This document shows positions 38,688 through 61,598 of a DNA stretch of 64,000 nucleotides, one piece after another. The position numbers were made by a program, and so were the translations under genes. This DNA is from the human T2T-CHM13v2.0 reference genome, Homo sapiens. The stretch is from assembly GCF_009914755.1 (NCBI RefSeq), contig NC_060939.1; one strand, written 5' to 3'. The notes beneath the pieces were generated by a model that saw nothing but the letters and a program-made list of their open reading frames with translations, was not told the origin of the DNA and did not search any database. How positions within the stretch are numbered: position 1 is the first letter of the stretch; the number at the start of each line of letters is the position of its first letter.

Positions 38688-38856
38688 TATGCATACAGGC
38701 AAGGTAACTCCCTTCAGGACCTGCCTTGCAGAAGGAAAAACCGAACACATTACCTGGAATGAACTGAGACTGGAATTATAAATTATGGAGACAAAATCAT
38801 TGCTATTGCCTAAACTCGTCGAGGGTTCCAAGTGAGAGACAACATTGAGGTTTTAA

Positions 38857-39152
<296 letters not shown>

Positions 39153-41481
39153 AAGGTCCTTTGTTCTTTTTTTTTTTTTTTTTTTGCATAAATAATTAAC
39201 TCTCTAGAAAGCTATGTAGGCTTTTCATCTACATGTATTTCCATTAATGTAATTGTTTGAACTTACATATGCGTGATTTTTTTAGCAAAAAATGAAGTTT
39301 TAATTATTTTATTGGAACTATCAATCCCCAGAAAACTTCAAGAACCACCATTACAGCTGCATTTCAGATTATTCTTAATGTGCATACTGATTCAATAATA
39401 GAAGCTCACCTGAAAGTCTGATGGGTTGTGCTCTTGTTGATTTTGCCATTCCCACAATCTATTGGCTTCTTTATTTGACTAAGAGATTAGTTTAATGAAT
39501 GTATTCTCATTAGGGATTTTTTTTTTTTTTTTTTACCATATCCACAGGGTATGAGTTAAGTTTGGAGAGTGCTGATTGTTCACTTGTGGTGGAAGTTTGA
39601 CTAGAAGGAGCCTGGGCATACACCAACCACAACACAAAGAAAAGATATTTCCCAAAGAGTTCAAGTAACCCCAAATTCTATTCAATGTTCTTCCTTACAG
39701 TAAATAGTTCATGATGAGGTTGATCAGAATTCATTAGGTAGTAACACTGTTCTCTTTTCATGTTCCCCTCCTAATGTGGAAGCATCATTTGCAGCCACAG
39801 AACGTAAAGTAATGAGTTGTTTTACCAATAGCTAGAATGAATTTTTTCTTATTCTAATACACTGTCTAGCATAAATCTCTTTACAGACCAGTGGTATTTT
39901 CAAAACAGCTATCTATGGTTAGATGTAGATGGGATGCTAAATTAGCTTGCATGGGAACTCATATCAAAAAGTATTTTCATTAAGCTTAAGGAACAGAAAC
40001 TCTTCAATGTAAAGGACATACTTCACCCAAGCTAAAGGAGAAAGTTGCCTTTGAGTCAGTTTGCTCGGGAATATAGAAGAGCGAACCACTCTGAGCAGAG
40101 TAAACGTGCTTTTTCTTACTTAGTGATGCATTTGTGGCTGTCTGGAAAACCAGGAGCAGACTAGTGATACAGTATTTCTCAAACACACACAGGGAAGGAT
40201 GCCTGAGGCTGCGCTGTGATCACCATGCAAACCAAGTCTGAGCAGATACAGGCCTTGGAAACGGAACACAATTCATTCAAAGAAATACTCCAATTCTAAT
40301 GGCCTCATAGAAAGTATAAAATGCAGTTGAATCTTAAATCAGTTTTACATGATTCACAACTTATAGCTCTATCTCTAACCTGCCCCCTTCTCCAAGAACA
40401 TGATTTTAAATAACAATTTCAGTTTAGATTTTAATATTCCTTCTGTTGGACTTTACCCTAATGAAATTTAAATTACTAAAAGCAAACAGACCCACTGTTT
40501 TTAGCCCTCATCCTTCTGGTGGTATTTTGTGTTTTAGGTTTATTTATTTTTCTGAAATCAATGGAATAGACCCATACTATCTGATTTTCTCTTTGCCATA
40601 AAAAAGAAACCAATATATGTTTCTCACACATAAATTAGACGCTGATCTTGGGATATGCAACTATTAGAAAACTCCACATCAACTAAACCAAATTATTCAC
40701 AACAAGGAAAGTGATGGAGAAAAAGTTTTTTTAGATATGCCTCTGATACTTTCATGACTGACTAATTTATAAGAAAAATCCTACTCATAACAGCTAAAGA
40801 AAAATGATTTTATTATAAATAAAGTATACTATTACTTCAATATCATATAGAGCTTACAATCTTTGATTTACAGTTTTTCTCAGAGTCTGTTTAAACTTTG
40901 AGCATCTGCAATGTTGGTCTCTCATTTTATTTTGTTAAAATCTATTCATTCTCTTACACCCCACGGGAAATTTCTCATCTTCCTTTGCATACACAGGTCC
41001 AAATATAATTCTGGCCCTTTCCATCATCTCAAATAAATAAATTAAAACCTCATATGTAAATCTATTGCAGCTGAAAGAAGACTGGGGGCAGGGAAGAACA
41101 AAGCATACATGCATCACGGAAAAAGACATTATAAATAAAAAGCAAATTAACAGTAGTGAGATATTTGTCCTTTACAACTAATGCATTTTGTTAAACTGAG
41201 GGCCTGTCAAAATATATAATATGACTTAAAAGAAAGTAAAATATTCCGATACATGGTGAACACATTTCTAAAACCTGTTTCTCAAGGAAATTCATGAAAA
41301 CTAATGTTTAATTTTTCTTACAGTACCTTGTGACCCAAATTCCTTCACAAAAGAACTCTGCCATACTTTCAGAATGGAAAGCAAGAACTTTTGTTTATTC
41401 CAGTTCTTCTCTAACCGTGGCAAATATAAAGCATTGACTGAATTGTTATAGTATTTATTCCCTCAAAAGAAAACAAAAGGA

Positions 41482-41904
<423 letters not shown>

Positions 41905-42019
41905 TTATGACTCTGTAGGTAAACAAAGTCCTTCTACCACACAAGTGAAAGCAGCAGCAGCATCTCTATTCATAGACTACCTTTAAGGAACTGCTAAGAG
42001 GCCAGACTCCAGCCTACCT

Positions 42020-42196
42020 CAGTGGTTCCCCAAAACTGGTTGCACATGAGAGCCGTCTGGGGAGATTTTTTAAATGCACATGCCCTGGTCACACTCCCTA
42101 GCGATTCATATTTAATACAACTAGATTGGAGGCCCAGGAAGTTGAATTTTTTAAGGACGCAAATGAATTTGATCAACCAGGCTTGAAATCATCAAT
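42020..42196. mobile_element. MER5A/B hAT-Charlie element
   Basis: cagtggttccccaaaactggttgcacat...ttttaaatgcacatgccctgg...ggcccaggaa...caggcttgaaatca. Confidence 0.7.
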
Positions 42197-42285
42197 AGTA
42201 CTAGATGAGCATACTATTCCACTTATTGACAAAGCAGCCATAATTGACACTAATTGGTTATATCTACTCCTGCAAACTCTCTTTT

Positions 42286-48441
<6,156 letters not shown>

Positions 48442-48961
48442 AAACTCTCTCTTTAGTAGCTTTTACTTGAGAAGATTCCCATATGCCCTACCTACTTATT
48501 GTCATGCCTTCATTATATTAAAAAAAAAAAAGTTGTGAAGTTAAAAAGAACAAGAAAACTGAGATGTTCCATGATATTCTCCAAATTTCAAGACAGTATC
48601 TACTCATCTTTCCTGAAGAGATCGTTTGAACTCTTAAATTATCTCACTTTATAAAAGACCATTTTATAAAAATGAATAGCATGGATCTGATCTTGGTGAC
48701 ATCACCCTCCCCAGCCAATCATGCATTGCTCTCTCAGATTATCCAAGGTTTTGTTTGGGCTCTGAAAATTAACCCAAACTTGTCTTATTGGTTTGTCCAG
48801 CTTGAATGGGCTATGTCCAGAGATTAGGAAAATAAATAACATTTTGCATGATACTACCTAACATTTAGCCAAATGAATTTGACCCTACCAACTTAAAGTC
48901 AAAACCAAAGTAAACAAAAAGCTACCTAATTCTCCAACAAACTTGGGTTTACCAGGCATCC

Positions 48962-49660
48962 AATTGGTGTAGTAGAAAGAGCTTGGTTGTGGGAATTAGG
49001 CTAACATAAGAATAAATCTTAGCTCCCCTGTTCTACATAACTCACGCCACTCTTGGTAGGTTTCTTAATTTTCTACCCTGAAATTTCCTTATCTGCGTCA
49101 TGGAAATTATGGAAATTATGATATTAACCTGACAGTGTTTTTTGGTTTCTTTTTTTTTTTTTGGAAGATTAAATGGGCTGGTTTAAGAAAACTTCTGTGG
49201 TCATAATAAATGCTCAATAATTATGAAGCAGACAGGCTTTGGTGCCAGGGAGACTTGGGATTTTATTCCAGCTCTGCCTATAAGTAATTTGAGGCTTTGG
49301 GAAATTCCTTAAATGTTCTAAGTCTCAATGTCATCACCTACAACATGTACATAATAATATTGTGCCTACTGCCTTTAACAATTGCAATGGGTAATACACA
49401 GAGAGCATTTTAAGTAGTCTTCCACGTGCTGGCACTTAGTAGACATCATTCAATGCCATCTACGTTTTGCTCCCCACTTTTCATTCTGAAGATTCAGAAG
49501 TGGCTTTGCAGAGAAGGAGGAGATCTCAATCCTCCTATCACAGATGAAGATACAAGCAGAAGAGGTTAGATGACTTGCTTAAAGTTACTGAGCTATTTAG
49601 TGACAGAGCTCAGTTGCTGACACTTACTCCAGTATCGTTCTTACTATATGACAATACTTC
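48962..49660. mobile_element. Cluster of three decayed MIRs (two +, one -)
   Basis: ggtgtagtagaaagagc...tttccttatctg; caggctttggtgccag...agtctcaatgtcatcacctacaacatg; acagatgaagatacaagcagaagaggttagatgacttgct. Confidence 0.6.
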
Positions 49661-52638
49661 TCTAACATCCCTCAACAGAAATGAATGCTATCTGTGATGA
49701 ACCCAAATCACTGACAAAATTATTATTTAATTATCCTCATGGCTAGAAAATGGGCCTTGATTCTTGATTAAAATAAAAGCAACCAGATCATTTATTTGTT
49801 ATAAAATACTACTGTCAAAATATACCAACATAAGACTATAGATCTTCATCACACAGCAAAGCCAAAGACTGACTAAATCTGGTGAAAAACTGGGAAGGGT
49901 ATTGTGATATTTTTTTTCCCAAATGGATATGAACATGAACTCTCTAGAACTCCCTGCTCGTTTTGGGGTTATTAGCTATATTGAAACAGAAAACAAACTC
50001 TCCTTATCTAACAACTGGATGACAATCCATGGAGTGCAGTGAGCCCTTTCGGGGCGATCAATGACAGAGGTACAGTCAGAAGCTACTTTCTATGGTTCCA
50101 AGCTGAATAAAAGTCTACAGAGTTGTGGACTCTCCCCAATCCCCCCCAAAAAAAACTGTGCATAAAACTTGAAAGGGGGCAATGTATGTACTGGAGTCCC
50201 TTTGGACTTTCTCTTTCACTAACAGAGGATTGCAACCTAAGTGGTTTCTGGCCACAGCAGAAAGCAACAAAAGGCTGCATGGATGATTTTTCTTAAATGA
50301 AAAAAAGAGAAGTTGATGTGATTTGAATTGCATGATCCAGATGGTGTTTTCCATCTTTCATGCTCTTTTGGTTGTGGCCACATCTTGCCTATGGCTTTTG
50401 TGGCAGGACACACTCACCAGTCAGCAATTTCACCACTGCTTGGGTCCAAATGAGCTATGGAGAAAGAAATTAGAGTCAATGAAGAGGCCGCAGCTGGGAG
50501 AGATCAGCCACACTCAACAAGCCTTCTCCCACATACATAAACAGACCAGACAGAGGGAAGGAGGGTGAAGAAACAACACACTGAGGTTTAGACGGTAGTA
50601 CTTAAGGCCTGCAAAGTCTACCTAACCACATGACATGCGCCTGCATGTTCTAACCCGATCGTTGAAAATCCCCAAGTGTCTCTGAAAAGGTGGCTATTAA
50701 ATTTCTCACCTGAAACATTCGAATGCTTTCTGATACCACAAAATATTTTTTCACAGACTCAAACTGTTCTGTAAATACTTAACTGAAAGGAGAGAATAAT
50801 TTAGTAAGTTTATTCTCATGTAAGAAAGTGTCTCCTTTAATAATGGACTATGTTAGCTTGGTTTTGAGTTCCTGCTGTGGTTTTAAATCTCTATCTTCAC
50901 TGCAGTTCTTAGTTGAAATTTTCTAGGATTCAAAAATTCACATGGACTACGATCCTATCCTGTTTATTAGAAGAAACATTAAAGCCTGTAACATGTCTTT
51001 CATAGCATATTGCATTTGCACCTGAGCTGTAAAAGGAAACTAATGCCTTTAGCAACGGATTATGGCTTTTTAAGTACCACTTTCCTTGCATAATACTGCA
51101 ATAAAAAAAAGAAAACATCCAAATGAGATATCAGTATTTTTTTTCTAAAGAGTGGGGGAAATTTTTAACTCCGTATTGTGTTTTATGTTCTGCTACCTGC
51201 TATTGAAAAGCTAAGATTTTTTTTTCTTCTTTTGTCAAAAGCAAACTTCCATTCCTCTGTGTCACGAAGCATGCATGGCATCTCAGCCTCTGCTTAGAAT
51301 GAACAAAATTGTGTGAATGAGCAAATCTTTACCACGATTTTTCCGGCCCATGATGCTTTTCCACAGGAAAAAACACAGGATCTAAATTGTGGCCTGTATT
51401 AATAGCAAAGGCAAAGCTATATAAGCTCTGAGCAGCGTTCACAGTTTTAGAATAAACAGTTCTTGAAAATACTGGGCATAGCTTCTAAAATCCAATTAAT
51501 AAAGTAGTCTACCCAGTCACCAGGCAGAGCTGCTACAAGCAGGAGTTTTCCCTTTTCAATCTTTTTCTTCAATGCTATTTAAATGATGGGGGGAAAGTAA
51601 GAAGAAGAAATAAAAGAAAGCAAGCCACTCTCACATGTTTCTAATTGGAATATGCTGACTTTCTCAAAGATAAAATGTATCGAGAGACTTAATGTTGCTC
51701 CTACCTTTGGAACCAGTAATTCTACGCCTAAGAATTAATTTTAAATCAGAGAGTTAGGCAAAGATTTTTGCAAGTTTTTTTCATGTAATGGTGACACATA
51801 AGAAGCAGTATCAGTGTCCAAAAATAGGAAAAAAAATCAAATCAAATATGGCATAGGATGATTTGAAGAATATTTATTAACACTGAAAAATACTGTGAAA
51901 CAATGTTATGCTTTTCAAATGATACAAAACTATTTATAAATATTATCCTAATGTTTTAAGTATATATTTATGTGTATGTGTTTACATATGTGCTGATTTA
52001 TAGCATATATACAAATAAAATCTAAGAATAGAAGGAAAAACATGATTTTCATTTTCTTCAACATTGCCTGTAATTCCTAAATTATCTACAATGAACACAG
52101 ATTGAAGTTAAAATTAGAAAAAGAACGTTTTTAAAGTACATTAAAAATAACAAGATCAAATATCCTGAGGAGTTTAAAAATCATACATCTTGGAGAAAAA
52201 TAAATCCATCTGCACTAGATGGGTTTTCTTAAATCAATATTAAAAAGTTAATGTTTTAGTTTATAAAGGAATAGCTTATAAGTAGAAAAGATTCCATCTA
52301 TTTTTTTAATTGAAAAAAATGACAATTTACATTTACATAGCATAAGAAAATCTGAAAGTGCTATTTCAAAGACCGCTATTCACTCACCATCACCTTGCAG
52401 GTTTCTTCTGGTTACCAAACACCAGTTGTAAGAATTCAGATGAATAATAAAACTCACAAAATGATAGCATTGGAATTGGGGTGGGTCTCAGGAATCATTT
52501 GTTCGAGAGATTTCCAAACCATGTTCAATAAAAACCAGCCTAGCAGTTGTTCTTAGGATCCACCTCAGAGAAGCAAGAAGGTCACTGAGCATATGGGACT
52601 GCTTCGACCGTTTTTAACCTGTTTTATATAGTGAATCT

Positions 52639-52990
52639 TGTCTTAGCGTAGATTCCTCCAAAAGAAGACAAGATTTGGGTGCAAATATTTTATTTGAGAG
52701 GCAAATCCAGGAAGCACTGTGAGGGAAATGGAGAGGAAGGGGTCGAAGAAGGAAACCTAATAAAGGTATTACTAAGAGGATTACCACTGTGGACAAATGG
52801 CAGGCACTCCATCTGGCTGGGACCCTCTGACAGACTGTGGAACATGCCTCTTACAACAGTTTCGCTGCAGGAGAGAAGGCGGAAATATTTATCTACCAAC
52901 ACTTGTCCCTTGCTGATGGAAGGGCCATTGAAGGTTAATTCGCTGACACTTGCTGACTACCCGGACTAAGCACTATTCTGGAAACCATCC
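52639..52990 (-). mobile_element. LTR33-family ERVL LTR
   Basis: tgtcttag...agacaagatttgggtgcaaatattttatttgagagg..tccaggaagcac...aataaagg...ttaccactgtggacaaatgg...tatttatctaccaac. Confidence 0.75.
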
Positions 52991-53054
52991 TGAGCTGCGA
53001 GACACAGGGAGGCTTCAACAAGCACATAGGAATTCCCTTTAAAAGTCCTGGCTC

Positions 53055-53705
<651 letters not shown>

Positions 53706-54079
53706 ATACTGTGAGTGTTTAATATGGACACTTTCGTTAAATATTCATTCCCTTGCAAATGCCTTAAAATATCAAGCAATTGTCCATTGTACTAGGTCAC
53801 TAGCCAGCGTAGCTGCAAGCAAGAGTCTACCGTTTCTATCGTTTGAATAAAGCACAAAAATGTGTATTTTAAGATATGATCTATCATTTGCCCTTCATGG
53901 CATTCCAACTCTGAATACTTGTTATTCTATTATCTTTCTTGGTGAGCTCCTGTACCATTTAGAACTATTTTAGAGCAGTAGTTTTTGTGTTATAATAAAG
54001 TAACTAGATAAATATATAAGTGAATATTGTAACTTTTACATTTTATCGTAATAAGAATTAACAGTACACCTTTGGGTGC

Positions 54080-54300
54080 GTAATATACTCCAAGCACCCT
54101 TTAAAGCAGATTTCACATGGATTATCTCAATAAATTGCAATAACCATCCTTAATAATGCTAACACTAGGATCAATTTGCTAATGAGAAAATTGAAACGTA
54201 TTGAAGGTAAATAACCTGCCCAGGTCATGTAATTAGAATGCAACATAACTTGAGCCCCAACTTAGATCTGAATGACTCCAGGACTAGAGCCCTTCATAAG
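54080..54300 (-). mobile_element. MIR fragment
   Basis: cacatggattatctca...atgagaaaattgaaa...ggtaaataacctgcccaggtcat...tgactccag. Confidence 0.6.
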
Positions 54301-54621
54301 TGCACCTTATTCCTTTCCACTTTTTTGACAAATTGGACAGATCATATGCATACAAGTGTACATGATCCTCCGAACCTCTTGCACAATAGGCTAGGGCAGC
54401 GCTCAAATGATCAATCGTGGTTTAGTAGAATTGCTCAACATTCTGCCTTAACAGATCACCATCACATCCCACTCTCCTTTATTGAATCTTTGGAACCAGA
54501 CAAATCTTGGTTCAAATTCTGGTTAGCACTTCATATCTGTATCATGTGGGACAAATGACTTCATTTCCATGTGACTTAGTTCTCAACAATGTCTAACTTG
54601 CAGAATTAGAAAAATTAATGT

Positions 54622-55250
<629 letters not shown>

Positions 55251-56094
55251 GAAGTTATATTTCAAGAATCAGAGATATAGTACATGTTCACAAAAATATA
55301 GCTAGAAATTACTACTTCCTAATTGTCAGTAAAGAATTTACTCCACATACACTAACTATTTTGAATGCTCTGGACTCCAGATTGGCCTTATAGATGTCTT
55401 ATTGCTCAAAGTGTGTGAAAATGGAACTGCTGTATTAATCAAACTTCTCTACTGTTCTGAGTAGTGGTCATGACTAAAATCTTGTGTTAGACCTTGCACA
55501 ATAAATAAAATTGGTTCTATATCCTCAAATAAATATCAGTTTGTAGGTTTATGTAGAATGTATAAAGAGAAAGAATGAATAATATACACATACACATAAT
55601 ACCATCACATGTGTTTATACATTTGCATATATAAATAAAATAATAAACTCATTTCTGCTTTAGATAGATTGTGAAATAAAACATGCAAATTTTACTATTC
55701 CCACAGCATAATAAGTGTGTTGCCCATTTTGGTGAATGGTGTGACTGTAGCAAAGGGTTAAGAATCAGATAAAGGATGGAGGAAGTAAAATTTTACATTG
55801 AAAATCTATTTTGAAAATCCTATGATTGCCCATCAGTGAAGTCATTTTGGAAAAATAGCCTGTGGGTGAAATTGTAAACACCATATGTTTTTGAATATTG
55901 TAGTGTTGTCTAAGAAAATTACTGAAAAAGACAAATTTAATGCCAAGAATATTTTGAATTGGCAGTTATATCTATAATATTAATAACCCTTTTCTTTTAA
56001 CACCTTGCTGAAACTACAAATAATTATTTATATAACTAAAATGAAGGCTACAAAGAATTTCTTTATTGAATTTTACCGATACCATATTTGTTGG

Positions 56095-56130
56095 AAAAGA
56101 GCTTCTAGGGGAAAAAGAGCTTCTAGGGGA
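56095..56130 (+). repeat. Perfect 18-bp tandem duplication
   Basis: aaaagagcttctagggga x2. Confidence 0.95.
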
Positions 56131-58293
56131 ATAAAAGCTTGTCATTAATCCACAGATTTTTGTTGTTGTTGTTGCTGTTTCTATCACTCACACACTCTGA
56201 CCTTTCTGTGTCTGAGATTTCTCACATAAATCCAGGCAAAATAATGCTATTTGTCCTCAAAGTTCATTGCAAAAATTGAATAAATAGAGTTAGACATTAT
56301 AAAATTAAAACCACTGAGCACCTACAAACCATATTTTACATTTTTGGTTCCCTCAATTACTCTGAAAAGCAAATGTAGAAGACATCATAGAAAAATGCAA
56401 GCTTCAGGATCATTTTCTAGTGCAAATATTAAATCACAATAGAAAACATTAAGAATTCATTTTTTTGGCAATGACTTGGTCTAAAGGCAGTAGAAGGGAG
56501 ATGGCTGGCATGCTCCATGCCAGCGTTTGATGAGATAAACATAATATTTGTAATAATGCATGTTCTAATAGTACATTCTGAAGAAGCCCCAGAAGAAGTA
56601 ATAATGGAATCCAAAAGGCATTTTCACACAGTGTTGGTACATATATCAGTCAGCCATCACACGGCTTGGGAGTTGTATAAATGTTTATGCATCATTTTGA
56701 ACAGGTTTATCAGTCTCAATGCTTTCAGGTGTTGAACACCAGATTTATCAAACTTATCCATGTGAAATTTAAAACTGGTTTACCACTAGTTAATACAGAC
56801 TCACATGAACAATCATTTCCTGTGAGTGCCCATTAATTAGACAAACGGAGTGCTAACAAACAGAACTGCTGTGTCATTCAGGCGAGCCCTCCAACCACTC
56901 TGGGCTGCGGTAACTCCATCTGTAAAGCAGAGGGCATGGATTGGTTGATTGCCAGTTTCCTCTTAACACTAAAGCTTTATTTACTGTTATTTTGTGTAGT
57001 TCTTTTCATCAATTCTGTTTGGAAGAATTGTACCGAACTAGAAAGTTTTAAGATGGTGTAATATGTCTTGAAAAGCTTTAGAAATGTTTTCTTCCAAATT
57101 ATTTCCAATCTTCCTCTCATATTTGCCCACTTACGTATTTACTAACCAGGTGATAAATAAGTCCATTTTCTCCTACCCCTTAACTTATGTATAATTATAT
57201 ATTCATATACTTGTTATTCTATTTCTATTTATATCTTTCCAATCTATTACAAAGTAATCTCTTGAGAACAAGATGTATGCCTGTGTTGTTTTTGTAGTTC
57301 TCAATGTACTTAGCGAAGTGTTTGTTCATATGATGCAGTCATTAAATACTTTTTAATAAACTCGTGCCTGAAGGTGTCCCTTGAGAGTGAACTTCAGCAT
57401 ATGCCCCTCCTCGCCACGGCCACACTCACTAAGGCTGTGGATGTGGCATCATCTGAAATCTGGATTAGAGAATTCCTCCACTCTTGCCTTCACCCCATTG
57501 CTCTAACCCGTTACAGAAATCCTCTGCTCTTGCTTTCTACCCTCTTGGCTCTGAGAATTGGTTCATCCTCCTTGTTTTGTTCCATTTAGTTTTGGCAACT
57601 GTTCCCAGACTGTTTGCCTTGTTTACTGACCTCAGAAACCCCAAAGACTTGTCTGTGCTAATTGCCTCCACCTTCTTTGGCTCCAAATTCCAAATCATTG
57701 CCCAGACCAAGCCTTTGAGACACCACCTGCCCCATCTTATGGAAAGGAGATGATATTTGATTTCTTTGGACAACATCCATCTTATCAGGTTCATCCAAAA
57801 CTCAGATTTATTTGTAATGGACACTTGAAGCCCAGAATGAAGTAATGTTAAATAGTTTCTAGCTGTGAAGGTGAGTGGAACATTCATTCTGTTCCAATAA
57901 CAAATGTCTACATTGAGAATAATGCAGTAAAGAAAAGGATGCACTTCTTAATATGAGATATGTGTGAGGAACATGGAAAATAATTAAGAATTAAGGAAGA
58001 TAAGATATAATTGAATTACGGAAAAAGCGTTAAAAAGAACTGCAGAGCTTTAAACAAATAGAAGATCTAATAAAAATCCTCACTCGACATAAATCCTTTA
58101 TGAAATATTGCTGATACATGATCATTCAGATTCTGTATTATTTCCAGAAATAAAGGGCTAAGTAAGTCAATCTCTTAGGAATTTCATATTGAAAGGAAAT
58201 TTTCATTCAGTAATTTCCACAATGTTTGTCCTAGTTCGGTCCTTTGAAATTGCCAGAAAAAAAAAAAGTCTTCTTTCTTTTCAGTAAGATAAC

Positions 58294-58617
<324 letters not shown>

Positions 58618-58686
58618 TAACACTTTAAACACTTTAAATATTGTAAGATGATCCTGACAGCACCTACTACTACCACCATCTTTGTA

Positions 58687-58711
58687 TGTGTGTGTGTGTA
58701 TGTGTGTGTGT
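58687..58711 (+). repeat. (TG)n interrupted microsatellite
   Basis: Directly visible. Confidence 0.85.
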
Positions 58712-59429
58712 ACGTATACATAGCAACATGTACAGCTAATCATAAAAGCTTTCTGCTTGTTAATACTAAGGCAAATACATTACATACATAATCTCCTTAC
58801 TATAACTTGTAAAGCTATTTATTGGCCCCACTGAGCATTCATGTTTATCTTTTCAGAGCATGACACTAATAATGTGGCCTTTAAGCTTGAATTTTAAAAT
58901 GAGAATAATGTTGATACTTACCTCATATAGGTATTGTCAGGCTTAAGTTAATTAAAGTCTGTTACAAGGATTGAATGAGGTAAAGTACAGAAAGCACAAG
59001 ATATTTAACAAACTGCAACAATCATTAGCCATTAATATTAACTGTTTTAAGCCAGGCATCCTCAATCTTTTTCCATTTGTTTAATTATATTCATAAAATT
59101 AAATAATTATATAATTATTTTTAGAAATATACGTTCAGTATAAAAATTAAAACAAAAAGAAGTAGAACTAACAGATAACATGTAGCAGAAAAATAAAGAT
59201 AACATTTGGGGTATATATGTTGAATTTTTCATTGACATATAATTGTTTACATAGATTAAGATTATCTAATGTGTATTCTGGGTTTTTAGCATTAATCACA
59301 AGCATCTTACTATGTTGTTGGGTATTCTATTTATAAGTTACTTTTTGATGGATGCATATTTCATGAAGTGCATGTATATATATATGCATATTATATATGC
59401 ACATAGTTTACATTTGGGATATGTGTATT

Positions 59430-59454
59430 TGTGTGTGTGTGTGTGTATGTGTGT
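59430..59454 (+). repeat. (TG)n interrupted microsatellite
   Basis: Directly visible. Confidence 0.85.
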
Positions 59455-60123
59455 GACTATTGAACGTCATTGTGTTGATTTTGTATTGATTTGATAGGTT
59501 CAATATTTTAATATAGTTCTCACAGTTCTGCAGCTTCTACAAACATGATTTGTTTGCCTAAGTCTTTGTTCAAATTATTCATATAAACTATGAGGAAAAA
59601 ATATCTAGGACAGATGTTTCTGGCATGTCACTGGAGACGCTACTCCAGTTTGATATTGATCCATTAATCAAAACTCTGTGACCATTGTTCAAACAGCTAC
59701 AAATTCACTAGCTATACTATTATTTAGTCTACGTCTCTATATTATTAATAACAAGATGGTAAAACTCCTTCCAAAATATGCCATCACAGGTAGATTCATT
59801 TTGCATAAGTTCAAATAATTACATAGAACTAGAAACTAGGTAAATTTTAGAAGCAACCATTTAAAAATAGCTATTAGTAGGTAATATGAATTAATAATTG
59901 ATTTGTCTCATTTCCAGTAGACATTGATTCATACAATATTTAGAGACCACTTGTTAGGGACCTTGTCCTACATCTCATGTTTCTAAACAAATATATATTT
60001 CTAAATAGAAAAAGAATAATGACTTTGGCTGAAAAATCAGGTTTATTTTTGTAGAAACAAAAGCACAGAAAGGTATTTTCAGGTAATTTGTTTTTTAAAT
60101 ATAAAAGCATGGGCAGTTGCATA

Positions 60124-60161
60124 GATGAATGGATGGATGGATGGTTGGATGGATGGATGGA
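60124..60161 (+). repeat. (TGGA)n microsatellite
   Basis: gatgaatggatggatggatggttggatggatggatgga. Confidence 0.9.
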
Positions 60162-61074
60162 ATATCACGTCCAAAAAATGTATAGCATGTTAAAGCTTTC
60201 ATGGTCAATGGTACATTGTTCTGTGTTCAGTGAGTTTTACTTGTGGGTTGAGAGGCAAGTCTTCTCAAAGTATATGTTTGCTAGAAGAATCAGCTCTTAT
60301 CTGTCAGTTTCGAGTACTATATAATGGCAGCATTGTTTTGTTCCACTGCTTAATAACTTAGATATTTCAATGGATAGATTGTATTCTTAGCAAATATAGT
60401 TCTTCACATACCAGAAAAAATGTCAAGTAAAATTAGACTTCAAATGTTAGCTTACCACTATAATATGATTTGTTATTTTTCATGGCACTACCCAAAAATA
60501 ATTCTAAAAGAATTGCTCATCCTTTATTATGATGCATTAACAAGGTTGACAAAATTAAGGGAGAGCTTTCTTACCTTTCTGATATTTGGAAATAGCCTCC
60601 TTATCCAGCATGTTACAAAAACCATGCAATTTTTCTTACCACTATTTCTAATTTTAATTTGTCTTTGTTCTAATTTTCCTTTAGTTTATTATCTAGAAGT
60701 TAAGATTTCTTACACATTTCTCCTACATAGTATATCATGAAAAGTATACTAAAAGGGAAAAAGGTAACTTGCAATGGGTAATCAGATGTTAAAGCTACTA
60801 ATCAATGTTAAAGCTCATTTTTAATAGTTTCGTAAAATGAGAAAGTAGTTGAAAACCACTAGAAAACCGCTGGAGACATTATTTACAGATTCTATTTGTA
60901 TGACAAGAAAGACTGTAAAGTTATGCAACACAAAGGCAGATTCCTTAGTCGTCATTTTCTTCCACTGTAATGACGTCCACTACATTGTTATTCATAACAG
61001 AGTAAACAAGCATTTACACATTGTAAAAACGCTGCATATGAAGAAAAGAAAAAAAGTTAAGACAAAAAACTAAC

Positions 61075-61260
61075 ATATATTGAGCACCTACTATGTGTCA
61101 GCATTTATATAATTTTCTTTACTTTTAATACTCACAAAGCTTTGTGAAGTGATCAGAATTAGAAGCTTAAAGGAGCTGAGCTACTTTACCAAGTCCTCAT
61201 AGCTAGTTAGTGGCGCAGCCTAGCTCCACCTTCAAAATTCAAGCTCTTTCTCATCCACTG
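61075..61260 (-). mobile_element. MIR SINE
   Basis: tattgagcacctactatgtgtcag...tttaatactcacaa...ccaagtcctcatagctagttagtggc. Confidence 0.7.
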
Positions 61261-61434
61261 GCCACCTTTAGCTCCCTGTAGCTGACTGCCTTTCAGTCTT
61301 TCATGAAGCAAACAAAAAACCACTAAGATGTTGTGAAACATCTTAAGACATTTAAAAATATTTATAGTCATTCCTATTATCGCTGTGATTAAAACAAGCA
61401 ATATTAATCTTAACGATGATGGTGCTTTCGAGGC

Positions 61435-61586
61435 TTTTTTTTTTCTGAGACAGAGTGTCACTCTGTCATCCAGACTGAAGCACAGTGGCACAATCATAGC
61501 TCCCTGCAGCCTCAAACCCCTCTGGGCTCAAGGGATTCTCCCACCTCAGCCTCCCAAGTAGCTGGGACACAGGTAAGCACCAGCAC
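61435..61586 (-). mobile_element. AluJ right arm / FRAM monomer
   Basis: gagacagagtgtcactctgtcatccag...atcatagctccctgcagcctcaaac...ctcccacctcagcctcccaagtagctggga. Confidence 0.85.
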
Positions 61587-61598
61587 AGATTTTGAGCG

